This document shows positions 35,827 to 47,727 of a DNA stretch of 64,000 nt, in pieces; within the stretch, counting starts at the first letter, position 1; each line of letters starts with the position of its first letter. A model generated the notes under the pieces. It searched no databases. It had not been told where the DNA came from and saw nothing but the letters and a program-made list of their open reading frames with translations. Origin of the DNA: Chloroflexota bacterium (lineage in GTDB: Bacteria; Chloroflexota; Anaerolineae; DUEN01); the NCBI GenBank assembly GCA_013152435.1, contig JAADGJ010000062.1, positions 18,672 to 82,671 on the forward strand. The letters run 5' to 3'. The translations under genes and the position numbers were made by a program.

Positions 35827-37749
35827 CTACGGGGTACGATCGATCTGTTCTCGCTCCCGGAACACCCGATAGTCCAGCGTAGAGAAGGGGTTGTCCAGCT
35901 CTTCGGTTTGCCGCAGGAACAGGCGGTCCTCATCGGTGAGGGATCCCCGCCGCGCCATGCTGATCAGGTGGTTGAAGCGCGCCAGGTGTCCCTGGAAGCG
36001 GTTGATCGCGTACTCCCTCGCCTGTCCCGTGGTGATCAGGAACGGCCAGTCGCTGGATTCCAGCAGCAGGAGCTCCCGACCGGCCTGGTTCAGCACCTCC
36101 GCGATCTCTCCCTCGGCATCCGGATAGCGCGCCACCATCTCTTCCATCATCCGCTCGGCCGCGTGGATCAGCGGCCACATCCACTCCGTGTCCGGGTTGA
36201 GCCAGGTCCAGTGCCCTCCGCCGTTGCCCCAGGAGCTCTCCGGGATCTCCAGGACCTCCTCCGGCGGATGGGCTTCCAGATAGGCCCGCGCCGTGGTCAG
36301 TTCCACCTGCGGGTCACGGGCGAGGCGGCGCAATACCTCTTTCAGCCAGGCGACGCCCTCAAACCACCAGTGCCCAAACAGCTCGGCGTCGTAGGCGGAC
36401 ACGATCACGCCGTACTCGCCGGTGCGATCGTGGTATTCCGCCAGTCGGTCTCGCACCAAGTTAACGAAGTGATCCGCGTGGAGGTTCACCTGCTGAAAGG
36501 CCGGGTATGGATCGTACAGCTCCTTCTGTCCCAGATCGACCCGTGCCCCGGTGATGCGCCAGTATTGGATGCCGGAGACGTCGTCCTTGCGATGGAACTC
36601 GCGGTAGAGGAAATCGCCCGGGTAGCCGTGGGAGGCTGACCACACCTGGAGCCCGGTGCGTTCGTCCCTTCCAAATACCGCCACGTCCGTGCCGTGGACG
36701 TAGTAGGGGCGAAAGGTGGTGCCGGCCCGGGCGCGCGGCCGCTCGTATTCTCGCGTGACGAGCTTGCGCTTGGGGATCGCGCCATAGGGGCCGATGGCGT
36801 CCCCCGCGGCCTTGCCGACCACTGCCCCGCCTTCGATGACGTGGGTGTCGGTGAAGAAGTACCCGATGTTAAAATCGGCCAGGAACTCCTCGATCCCCGG
36901 CTTCACATAACTCCGCCCTCCCTCCTCTTTGATGTAGGCCGGGCGGTATCCGCATTCGGGCAGCCAGATCCCCTTCGAGAACTGCCCCATGTGGCGATGC
37001 GTGGTCTCCACGCCGGTGTGTAGTTGGGCGTATATGCTGGAGTCCCGCTCCAGCAGGGGGGTATAGCAGTGGGTGGCCATGGAGGTGAGCACGTCGATCA
37101 CGCCCATCTCCTGCAGGCGGCGAAACGCGCCGGCGAGATCTCGGCCGTAGCGTTTGCGGAATGAATCCTGGATGCCCTGATACCAGTCTCGATACCATTT
37201 GGCCAGGTAGAGCAGGTGATCCCGTTGCTTCTGGACTTGCTCGGCCGCTTTTTCATCGACCGGGATGGGGGGCGGCGGCAGCGAGGGGTCCCGTTCGAGC
37301 TCGGCCAATGCCTTCTGGACCTCTTCGGCGTCCTCGTCCAGCCCGCGCTCGGCCGCGTCCTCCAGCAGCTCCTGGCGCCTCCGCTCCAGGGCGGCCTGCC
37401 GACGAGCCAGCGCCGCGTCGTGTGCCTCCCGCCACTCCTCCAGAACGGGGCGGCTGAACCGCTGGATGTCCGCCTCCACCAGGGCCATCCGTTCGTCCAG
37501 GTAGACATCGAAGTGGTCGCACACGTCTGGATCGGCGATCTGCTCCAGGAGGATCGGTGTGAGCCCGATGGTGAGTCGGGGCTGCTCGCCTTCCTCCACC
37601 AGATCGTATAGCGCGTTCAGAAGCGGGATGTACGTCTCCGCCATGGCCTCATGCACCATCTCCTCGCCGTGCGGCCAGCGCCCTGCCCGACGGACGTATG
37701 GTAGATGGCTGTGCAGTACGAGGACGAAGGCCCCGATCTCTTCCGCCAT
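35827..37749 (-). CDS. GH57-family 1,4-alpha-glucan branching enzyme
   Basis: The N-terminal FVLVLHSHLPYVR is the GH57 signature. The 640-aa length and C-terminal helical domain fit the TK1436/Thermus-type branching enzyme. Confidence 0.85.
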   Translation of the reverse strand: MAEEIGAFVLVLHSHLPYVRRAGRWPHGEEMVHEAMAETYIPLLNALYDLVEEGEQPRLTIGLTPILLEQIADPDVCDHFDVYLDERMALVEADIQRFSRPVLEEWREAHDAALARRQAALERRRQELLEDAAERGLDEDAEEVQKALAELERDPSLPPPPIPVDEKAAEQVQKQRDHLLYLAKWYRDWYQGIQDSFRKRYGRDLAGAFRRLQEMGVIDVLTSMATHCYTPLLERDSSIYAQLHTGVETTHRHMGQFSKGIWLPECGYRPAYIKEEGGRSYVKPGIEEFLADFNIGYFFTDTHVIEGGAVVGKAAGDAIGPYGAIPKRKLVTREYERPRARAGTTFRPYYVHGTDVAVFGRDERTGLQVWSASHGYPGDFLYREFHRKDDVSGIQYWRITGARVDLGQKELYDPYPAFQQVNLHADHFVNLVRDRLAEYHDRTGEYGVIVSAYDAELFGHWWFEGVAWLKEVLRRLARDPQVELTTARAYLEAHPPEEVLEIPESSWGNGGGHWTWLNPDTEWMWPLIHAAERMMEEMVARYPDAEGEIAEVLNQAGRELLLLESSDWPFLITTGQAREYAINRFQGHLARFNHLISMARRGSLTDEDRLFLRQTEELDNPFSTLDYRVFREREQIDRTP

Positions 37750-37998
37750 ACCTCCCCCTTATCCGGTGATTCTGGAATCTCGCGTTTCGCGGCCGCATTA
37801 TACCATCCCCCAAGGGCATTGCCAACAGAACACGAGCGACGGGCGGCGTATCCAAAGTTGCCCCTAAACCTCCCCGCCGTATTTTCACCGAGGCGGTAAC
37901 TCCATTTGCCGGCTTCGAGGGAGCGCAAAACAACAAAAGGCCGCGTCCACGAACCGTCGACGCGGCCCTCGCTTGTCTCGTACGGCGTTGGGTGATGG

Positions 37999-40704
<2,706 letters not shown>

Positions 40705-40991
40705 ATCACACCATCCATGGAACGAGATCGCTTGGCAAAGGGTCGAAACTGATGACAGTATACGCAGAAACCTGCCGGGCGTCCAAAAGGTGAAGCGCCG
40801 TGGGAATATGGAGGAGACCACAGCAGCCCGGTGAGGGAGATGAACACAAGGGGCTCGCTTATCGTTGGAGAGATCGGCCTCTCCGGGGGTAGATCGATGG
40901 GGCTGTAGCACGCTCACGCTCAGCTCACGTCTCCACGTGGCGTCGCCTGGGGGGCGTGGGCGGGAAAGCGAGCGGGGCCGGTGTTCGCGAG

Positions 40992-41016
40992 AAGGGGGCC
41001 GAATGGTTCGGCCCCT
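40992..41016. repeat. Palindromic hairpin element, copy A (GGGGGCCGAAT-G-GTTCGGCCCC)
   Basis: An 8-10-bp GC-rich stem with a 3-nt loop. It is near-identical to copy B, ~300 bp away, within the acnA upstream non-coding block. Confidence 0.5.
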
Positions 41017-41293
41017 ATTCGCATCAACTGAACAGCATAAGCGAAGCCCCCGCCTGTCGCTTTTTCCCTCCACGGGCGGTCGCGCCTGAAAGGGGTGGTG
41101 CGGAGGAAACCCCTCTGCAGAAAAACGCTTTCTCTCGCCTTTTCCCCGCCTGGTTTGGAGCTTTGGCCGGTGGCCTCCGGCCCCACGGGGCAGGTGAGGG
41201 GCTGAAAATAGATTTCTTCGGAGGGGCGGTAGCCCCTCCGAGCCACCCCGGAGATGCGGGGCCGCGCTTCCGTATCGCTTAATCTGATACCAA

Positions 41294-41318
41294 TGGGGGC
41301 CGAATAGTTCGGCCCCCA
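41294..41318. repeat. Palindromic hairpin element, copy B (GGGGGCCGAAT-A-GTTCGGCCCCC)
   Basis: A 10-bp stem with a TAG loop. It lies 65 nt downstream (minus strand) of the ABC permease stop. It may act as the operon terminator despite having no U-tract. Confidence 0.5.
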
Positions 41319-41382
41319 TGGCGGGTGGTGGAAGTTGGGTGATCGAGCGGTTGTGAGTCGAGCCTTTGCGGGTTCGGCGTAT

Positions 41383-42291
41383 TTATCCCTTCAACCCGGT
41401 CACGGTGATGCCCTCTACAAACGTGCGCTGGGCGAAGAAGAAGATCAGGATCACGGGCAGAATGGTGACCGTGCTGGCGGCCATCAGATAGGGCCAGACG
41501 AGCTTCTCTTGGAACTGGCTGCGGAATAGCTGTAGGCCGAGCGCTACGGGGTACAGTTCCTCGCGATTCAGGTAGATCAAGGGGCCCAGGTAGTCGTTCC
41601 AGGCGCCCATGAACTGAAAGAGCGCTACAACGGCCAGGGCCGGCTTGGAAAGCGGAAGGATGATGCGCAGGAAGATCCCAAGCTCACCTGCGCCGTCGAC
41701 CCGGGCCGCGTCGGAGATCTCCTGCGGAATGGTCAGGAAGAACTGACGCAGCAGGAAGATGTAGTATGCGTTGCCGAAGAAGGTGGGGATCACCAGCGCT
41801 TTGTAGCTGTTGAGCCACCCGAAGTCCTTGAAAATAATGTACAGAGGGATCATGACGACCTGGAAGGGGACCATCATCGTGGCGATGCAGATGAAGAACA
41901 GGATGTCACGTCCCCACCAGCGCAGCCGTGCGAAGCCGTAAGCCGCCAGGGCGGAGGATGCGACGGCCCCGAACGCGGAGGGCAGCGCGTATTTGAGCGT
42001 GTTCAGGAAGAACAGGTCAAAGGGCTGCTTCGTTAGAGCCTCTGGGTAGTTTCGAAGTCGAACCGGATTTGGGATCCAAACCGGAGGGACGCGATAAACT
42101 TGTGGATCGTCTTTGAGCGATGTGGAAAGCATCCACAGGAAGGGCAATGCGAAGACCAAGCTCAAAAAGGAGACGGTCGTGTAGAGGATGATGGATCGAA
42201 TCAACTTGCGGCGGCGCTTGCGTCGCTGAGCTGCTTCGCGCTCGTCAATCGAGGGTGCGTATAGAGTTCGCTTGACCGTGGTTTCGCTCAT
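41383..42291 (-). CDS. Sugar ABC transporter permease (MalG-like)
   Basis: Six TM helices with the EAA-loop region SLKDDPQVY...GAGELGIFLRIILPLSKPAL. Confidence 0.85.
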   Translation of the reverse strand: MSETTVKRTLYAPSIDEREAAQRRKRRRKLIRSIILYTTVSFLSLVFALPFLWMLSTSLKDDPQVYRVPPVWIPNPVRLRNYPEALTKQPFDLFFLNTLKYALPSAFGAVASSALAAYGFARLRWWGRDILFFICIATMMVPFQVVMIPLYIIFKDFGWLNSYKALVIPTFFGNAYYIFLLRQFFLTIPQEISDAARVDGAGELGIFLRIILPLSKPALAVVALFQFMGAWNDYLGPLIYLNREELYPVALGLQLFRSQFQEKLVWPYLMAASTVTILPVILIFFFAQRTFVEGITVTGLKG

Positions 42292-42326
42292 GCTGGCTCA
42301 CCCTTGTGTCTATGGTTGCAGGATGT

Positions 42327-43253
42327 TTATTCCATGCTTCCGCCGTAATACACCCATCTAGCCGAGCTGCGGAAGACGATAATGGTAAAAACGACGACGA
42401 GAAGGAACAGCAGCCAGGCCAGTGCGGAAGCGTATCCCATCTTGAAGAATTGGAAAGCGTTGCGGTAGAGATAAATGCCATAAAACTCTGTGGCCAGATT
42501 GGGGCCGCCACCTGTGAGAAGCCATCCCAGGGTGAAGTATTGGAACATGCCGATCAAGCTGGTGATCAGCACGAACAGGATAGCCGGCGTGCACATAGGG
42601 ATGGTGACATTCCAGAATCGTTGCCAGGCGTTAGCGCCATCCACAAGGGCGGCATCATAAAGGGATCTGGGCACATCCTGCAACGCGGCCAGGAAGATCA
42701 CGATGGCGCTTCCCTGTGCCCATGCATGAATGATGATGAGCGAAGGTTTGGCCATCGCCGGCGAGGAAAGCCAGGGGATGGCCGTCTGTCCCAGGCTGGC
42801 CAGGATGGAGTTGATCAATCCATAACGGGGGTTATAGATCCACAGCCAGACCATGGCGGTGGCGACGGCGGGCACGATGGCGGGCAGGAAGAAGATCGTG
42901 CGAAAGAAGGATCGCCCCCTCATCTCGTTGTTTAGGAGGCTGGCCAGCCCGAAAGCGACGACCACGCCGATCGGAACTCCCAGAAGGACGAAGTACAGGG
43001 TATTTCCCAATACAATGCGAAATTTCTCATCCTCTAAGAGCAATTCCAGATAATTACGCAGGCCGACCCATTTCGGTGGATTCAGCACGTCATACTGGGT
43101 GAAACTGTAGTAGAAGGATGCCAGGATAGGGTAAACCGTCCACGCGAGGAAACCAATCAGCCAGGGGGAGATGAAGGCGATCCCCTTCGTGAAGTTGCGG
43201 ATCTCAGTGCGGTGTATTCGCCGCAATGGGCCTACGATGGACATTGTGTGCAC
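42327..43253 (-). CDS. Sugar ABC transporter permease (MalF-like)
   Basis: Six TM helices with the EAA motif AALVDGANAWQRFWNVTIPM. Confidence 0.85.
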   Translation of the reverse strand: MHTMSIVGPLRRIHRTEIRNFTKGIAFISPWLIGFLAWTVYPILASFYYSFTQYDVLNPPKWVGLRNYLELLLEDEKFRIVLGNTLYFVLLGVPIGVVVAFGLASLLNNEMRGRSFFRTIFFLPAIVPAVATAMVWLWIYNPRYGLINSILASLGQTAIPWLSSPAMAKPSLIIIHAWAQGSAIVIFLAALQDVPRSLYDAALVDGANAWQRFWNVTIPMCTPAILFVLITSLIGMFQYFTLGWLLTGGGPNLATEFYGIYLYRNAFQFFKMGYASALAWLLFLLVVVFTIIVFRSSARWVYYGGSME

Positions 43254-43314
43254 CTCTGTTCGAAATGTGGAGAGCTGGCCAACCCGGGGAGGGCTGGCCA
43301 GCTCTAAGTCGGGG

Positions 43315-44703
43315 TCAGCTGCCGCCGAAGCGCTTGGCGTATTCCTTCGTGAGGGCTTCTTGCATATCAGCCGCGGCTTCCTGTGGGGTCTTGCTGTGAT
43401 GGGTCACGGCTGATACGGCATCCCACCACTGGTTGCCGGTGAACCCTTCGATGGGATCGACGGGCATGCCGTGCATCTCGTCTGCCTCGGTGGCGGAGCG
43501 GATGTAGAAGTCGAGACCCGGATATCGCGAGGTGTCCACTCGCGCCAGGTAGGACTTTCGGGCGCCGATCCAACCCGTCCCATCGTAGATGATATCCATG
43601 GCTTTGTCGGTGAGCAGGAATTCGATGAACTTGAACGCCTCGTCGGGGTGCTTGGCCCCCTTGGGGATCTGAGAGTTGTGGCCGCCGGTGGATTGCACTT
43701 TCTTCCCCTTGCGGTCGGCAGGCACCAACATCCAGGCATAGCCGAAGGTCTTGTCGGGTGCGGCATGGGCCAGCTCGCCGGGCTGCCAATACCCATTGAT
43801 GATCATGGCCTCCACACCGGCCGGGAAGCTGGATGTTGGGCTCTCGGTCCATGTACCATAGCTGTTGCGATAGCCATCGATCTTCTCGGCGCCCACCAGA
43901 TCATAGAACTTCTGAATCGTGGCGAGGACCTCAATGAACCAATCCTCGTTCACGTGGTAGGTCCCGGTGTCCTCGTCGAAGGCCTTCTTGTTGTAGGCCG
44001 CGCCCCAGTAGAACGGATCTCCACCGCCCCATGAGCCACCCATGGCGTCCATCGGGTCAAAGCCCAGGATAGCCACGTTCCCGGCCTGATCCAGCTCGGT
44101 GAGGATCTTGTGCCACTCGTAGGCTTCGTCAAAGGTCTGCGGCGGCGACTCGGGGTCTAGCCCTTTCGCCTTCACCAGATCGACGTTGAAGGAGAGCGCG
44201 TACCGCAGGAAGCTCTCGACGGAGGGGATCCCGTAGATGACACCCTGCCAGCTCGCGTAGTCCCAGGAGGAGTCAAAGATATCCTCCCGATCGATGGACG
44301 AGGCGTTCAGGTAGTCCTCCAGCGGCTGCATGGCCCCGCGGGAGTAGAACTCGGAGTAGGCGATGTTGCCCGTCTCTACGTCTGGTGGCGTGCCGCCCGC
44401 GATGGCCGTGAGCAGCTTGTCGCTCACACTGGCGACCTGGGTGCGCTTGACCTGGAAGCCCGTGTTCTGCTCGTTAAACGCGTCGGCGACCTTCTGCAGG
44501 GTTTCCAGGGCTACTTGGCCGCCCCAGCCATGCCACCAATCTATGACGATGGCCTCGGCCGGAGCCGCAGCGGGTGCCTTTTCTTCAGCGGGTTTCGGCG
44601 CTTCAGACGGGGCTGCTGGAGCGCACGCGGCCAGGATCAACGTTCCTACTGTGCCCCCGGCTACTTTGAGGAAACTCCGTCGGCTGATCCTTTCATTCGC
44701 CAT
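43315..44703 (-). CDS. ABC transporter extracellular solute-binding lipoprotein (family 1, carbohydrate)
   Basis: Has a Tat-type signal with a lipobox (RRSFLKVAGGTVGTLILAAC) and a Pro/Ala/Glu linker, followed by an SBP_bac_1-like fold. It is the first gene of the three-gene transporter operon. Confidence 0.85.
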   Translation of the reverse strand: MANERISRRSFLKVAGGTVGTLILAACAPAAPSEAPKPAEEKAPAAAPAEAIVIDWWHGWGGQVALETLQKVADAFNEQNTGFQVKRTQVASVSDKLLTAIAGGTPPDVETGNIAYSEFYSRGAMQPLEDYLNASSIDREDIFDSSWDYASWQGVIYGIPSVESFLRYALSFNVDLVKAKGLDPESPPQTFDEAYEWHKILTELDQAGNVAILGFDPMDAMGGSWGGGDPFYWGAAYNKKAFDEDTGTYHVNEDWFIEVLATIQKFYDLVGAEKIDGYRNSYGTWTESPTSSFPAGVEAMIINGYWQPGELAHAAPDKTFGYAWMLVPADRKGKKVQSTGGHNSQIPKGAKHPDEAFKFIEFLLTDKAMDIIYDGTGWIGARKSYLARVDTSRYPGLDFYIRSATEADEMHGMPVDPIEGFTGNQWWDAVSAVTHHSKTPQEAAADMQEALTKEYAKRFGGS

Positions 44704-45233
44704 GTTTTACCTCCTGCTGGCGGAAGGAAATGTGTTGAAGAGGAAAGCAATAGAGGATGGTATGCAGAGGATAGGGACTCCCTGTTTCACCTCCTTTCCC
44801 CCCGGGAGCTTGAAGAGTGCCTTCTGAGTTGGTAACTATAGGCTGTATGCCGACGGTTATGCGAGGATTCACATATCTTATACCACCCGGTCGGGCAGTT
44901 GTCAACCCTTTTCCCCAGGGCCTTTTCAAAGTCCAGCGTTCATGTCGGCATCCATGACACCTGCAGGGACGAGGATTGGCCTGCTTCTCGAGATTGGCCT
45001 TTCGAGTGGCGAAAGGCGCTGCCTCCCGCCACCCGCACCAAGACACGAAGCCGTATAGGCAAAGCCGGCCCCGTGAGACACGGCAAGAAGCTGTGTCTGC
45101 ATATGCCTTCTCGGATTTCTCCCCAGCACACGACGTGGCCAGACGTACCCCACCCCCCACCGAAGAGCCCCCTTCTCCCGAGCTCGAGAGAAGGGATGTT
45201 GGGGGATGAGGGCCGTTTTCCCTATGCCTTTGT

Positions 45234-45263
45234 TTGACAGTGACGCTCACTCGATGGTATGCT
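45234..45263 (+). promoter_or_regulatory. Putative promoter of the MtaB/MiaB-like gene
   Basis: TTGACA (45234-45239), an 18-nt spacer, then TATGCT (45258-45263). The transcript would begin inside a hairpin with alternative pairings (CTCACTC / CTCTCAC vs GAGTGAGAG) at 45245-45295. Confidence 0.35.
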
Positions 45264-45326
45264 CTCACGGTTTGAGTGAGAGCATGAGACACATGTCGAT
45301 CGGATAAGCGGGGTGTAGGATCGCGT

Positions 45327-46628
45327 ATGCGGGTGTATCTGGAGACGTTGGGGTGCCGGCTGAATTACAGCGAGATGGAGCGCTTGGCCCGGGATCTCAT
45401 GGCGCGCGGCCACCACGTGGTCGCCTCTCCAGAGGAGGCGGATGTCTGCGTGCTGAATACCTGCGCGGTGACGGTGACCGCCGAGGCCAAGTCTCGCTCC
45501 CTGGCCCGTGCCATGGCGCGGGCCAACCCGCGCGCCCGGCTGGCCATTACCGGCTGTTATGCCACCCTCTCCCCGGATGCCGTGGAGCGTCTGCCCCAGG
45601 TGCGCCTGGTGGTGGATAACCAGGGGAAGGATCGGCTGGCCGAGCTCCTGGAGGCCTGGGCGCGGGAGTTCCCCGAGTTGCCGGCGGAGGAGCTGACCCG
45701 GCCGGATCGCTCGCCTTTCGCCAGCACCCGCACGCGCGCTTTCGTCAAGGTCCAGGACGGTTGCCACAATCGCTGTACATTCTGCATCGTCACCATCGCT
45801 CGTGGCGAGGAGCGCAGCCGCCCTGTGGATCTGGTGGTGGATGAGATCAATCGGCTGGTGGCGGAGGGATATCAGGAGGCTGTGCTCACCGGCGTCCACC
45901 TCGGCTCCTATGGCCGGGATCTGGGTGGCGATCTGGCCACGCTGGTGCGGGCGATCTTGCAACGGACCCGTCTGCCACGGCTGCGCCTTTCCTCTCTGGA
46001 GCCGTGGGACCTGACGCCGGAGTTCTTCGACCTGTGGGCCGAGAGTGATGGCCGCCTGTGTCCGCATTTGCATCTGCCTTTGCAGTCCGGGTGTGATGCC
46101 ACGCTGCGCCGCATGGCCCGCCGGTACACGGCGGAGGCTTATGCCCGCCTGGTGGAGGCCGCGCGGGATCGCATCCCTGACCTCATGATCACCACGGATA
46201 TCATCGTCGGGTTCCCGGGCGAGACGGACGCGGAGTTTCAACAGAGCTACCGCTTTGTCGAATCGATGGGGTTTGCCCATCTGCACGTGTTCCCATACTC
46301 CCCGCGGCCGGGGACGGCGGCGGCCCGGATGCCAGACCAGGTGCCCGACGCGGTGAAGCGGGAGCGGAGCGCGATCATGCGGGAGTTGGACGTTCGGGCC
46401 GGCCGGGCGGCCCGTCGATCGCAGTTGGGCCGGGTCCGCCCGGTCCTGTGGGAGGGAGAAGGGCGGAGGGCGGCCGAGCCCGGATATCGCGTGTGGACCG
46501 GGCTGACGGATCATTACCTGCGCGTCCTGACGTTGGTGCCCTCCGATGTGAACCTGCATAACCGGATCACCCCGGTGCGGCTGGCTCGATTGGATGGGGA
46601 TGCTCTTTGGGGAGAGGTGCTCGCATGA
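45327..46628 (+). CDS. MiaB/RimO/MtaB-family radical-SAM methylthiotransferase (MtaB-like)
   Basis: Has the N-terminal MTTase domain Cys triad (LGCRLN...NTCAV...ITGCY), the radical-SAM CHNRCTFC motif, and a C-terminal TRAM-like region. Confidence 0.85.
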   Translation: MRVYLETLGCRLNYSEMERLARDLMARGHHVVASPEEADVCVLNTCAVTVTAEAKSRSLARAMARANPRARLAITGCYATLSPDAVERLPQVRLVVDNQGKDRLAELLEAWAREFPELPAEELTRPDRSPFASTRTRAFVKVQDGCHNRCTFCIVTIARGEERSRPVDLVVDEINRLVAEGYQEAVLTGVHLGSYGRDLGGDLATLVRAILQRTRLPRLRLSSLEPWDLTPEFFDLWAESDGRLCPHLHLPLQSGCDATLRRMARRYTAEAYARLVEAARDRIPDLMITTDIIVGFPGETDAEFQQSYRFVESMGFAHLHVFPYSPRPGTAAARMPDQVPDAVKRERSAIMRELDVRAGRAARRSQLGRVRPVLWEGEGRRAAEPGYRVWTGLTDHYLRVLTLVPSDVNLHNRITPVRLARLDGDALWGEVLA

Positions 46629-46972
46629 AGGACGATTGCATCTTCTGCCGCATCGTGCGTCGTGAGGCGTACGGCGACATCGTCTATCAGGACGAGGAAG
46701 TGACCGCCTTCCGGGATATCAACCCCCAGGCTCCGGTCCACATTCTGATCGTGCCCAATCGTCATATCCCTGCCGTCTCTGCCCTACAGCCGGAGGACGC
46801 CGCCCTGATCGGCCGGCTGTTCCTGATCGCTCGTGATCTGGCCGAGCAGGAGGGGATCGCCCGGGGAGGGTATCGGCTGGTGTTGAACAATGGGCCGGAG
46901 GCCGGGCAATCCGTGTATCACATCCATCTCCATCTGCTGGGCGGCCGTCGCATGCGTTGGCCTCCCGGATAA
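46607..46972 (+). CDS. HIT-family hydrolase
   Basis: CIFCRIV... plus the histidine triad HIHLHLLGG. It overlaps the MtaB end by 22 nt. Confidence 0.85.
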   Translation: MGRGARMKDDCIFCRIVRREAYGDIVYQDEEVTAFRDINPQAPVHILIVPNRHIPAVSALQPEDAALIGRLFLIARDLAEQEGIARGGYRLVLNNGPEAGQSVYHIHLHLLGGRRMRWPPG

Positions 46973-46976
46973 TGAT

Positions 46977-47005
46977 TTGACGCGGGGGGTGTCGGCGGGT
47001 ATAAT
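46977..47005 (+). promoter_or_regulatory. Strong consensus sigma70-type promoter (TTGACG-N17-TATAAT) upstream of yqeY
   Basis: A -35 TTGACG and a -10 TATAAT with a 17-nt spacer. It precedes a ~200-nt leader containing the inverted repeat GTCTGACA...TGTCAGAC (47018-47095) before the ATG at 47213. Confidence 0.45.
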
Positions 47006-47212
47006 CCCCCCGGTCTGACAATTGCAGATCGCGATCGTATGGTTCCTTGTGCAAAGTGACTAGGGGGCCCCTCCTCTTATGTCAGACGGCTAGCCCGACT
47101 GCAGGACATCGGAGGTATGTGGGCGCCCTTTTCTGTACTTCGCGTATCGGCGGTATCCTTGGGGCGGCGGCGTTCACGCCGCGAAGCCCGGAGAGATTGG
47201 GGAGATAAAAAG

Positions 47213-47662
47213 ATGAAGCTCATCGATCGCCTGAACGAGGATCTGAAGGAGGCCCTGCGTACCAAGGACGAGCCTCGTAAGCTGGCCATTCGCGCTGTGA
47301 AGACGGCGATCCGCAACGCGGAGGTGGAGAAGATGGCCTCGTTGGACGAGGGTGAGGTGCTGGCCATCATCGCGAAAGAGGCGAAGATGCGGCGGGAGGC
47401 CATCGAGGAGTTCAAGCGCGGGGAGCGGCCGGATCTGGTGGCCAAAGAGGAGGCCGAGCTGGCCGTGTTGGAGGCCTACCTCCCACGGCAGCTGACGGAG
47501 GAGGAGATCGAGGCTCGGGCGCGAGAGGTCATCGATGAGCTGAAGGCCGCGGGTCAGGCGAACATGGGGAATGTCATGCGTCGCCTGATGAGCGAGCTCA
47601 GAGGTCGGGCGGATGGCCGTCTGGTCAATCAGATCGTGCGCCGCCTGTTGGAGCAGGGATGA
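47213..47662 (+). CDS. GatB/YqeY domain protein
   Basis: MKLIDRLNEDLKEALRTKDEPRKLAIRAVKTAIRNAEVEK matches the YqeY N-terminal helical domain. The start is the ATG at 47213 behind GGGGAGA. Confidence 0.8.
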   Translation: MKLIDRLNEDLKEALRTKDEPRKLAIRAVKTAIRNAEVEKMASLDEGEVLAIIAKEAKMRREAIEEFKRGERPDLVAKEEAELAVLEAYLPRQLTEEEIEARAREVIDELKAAGQANMGNVMRRLMSELRGRADGRLVNQIVRRLLEQG

Positions 47663-47727
47663 GCCATCCGGCGTGCGGATAGTGGCGATCCCTGGGCGGC
47701 GCGGTCGCCCGACCATCGGAGTGACGC

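Noticed and set aside
40705-41319. 205-aa N-terminal extension of the aconitase ORF, and the small ORFs 40920-41246 (-) and 40956-41282 (+)
   Set aside because: The region is dominated by palindromic hairpins and is open on both strands, which is typical of structured GC-rich non-coding DNA. Aconitase homology begins at MTKSQDVFG (ATG 40704) with an upstream SD.
44693-45292. ORFs in the SBP/mtaB intergenic region (199 aa minus strand, 112 aa plus strand, and others)
   Set aside because: They overlap one another in a region with promoter-like and hairpin elements and have no family resemblance. They are more likely a long regulatory intergenic region.
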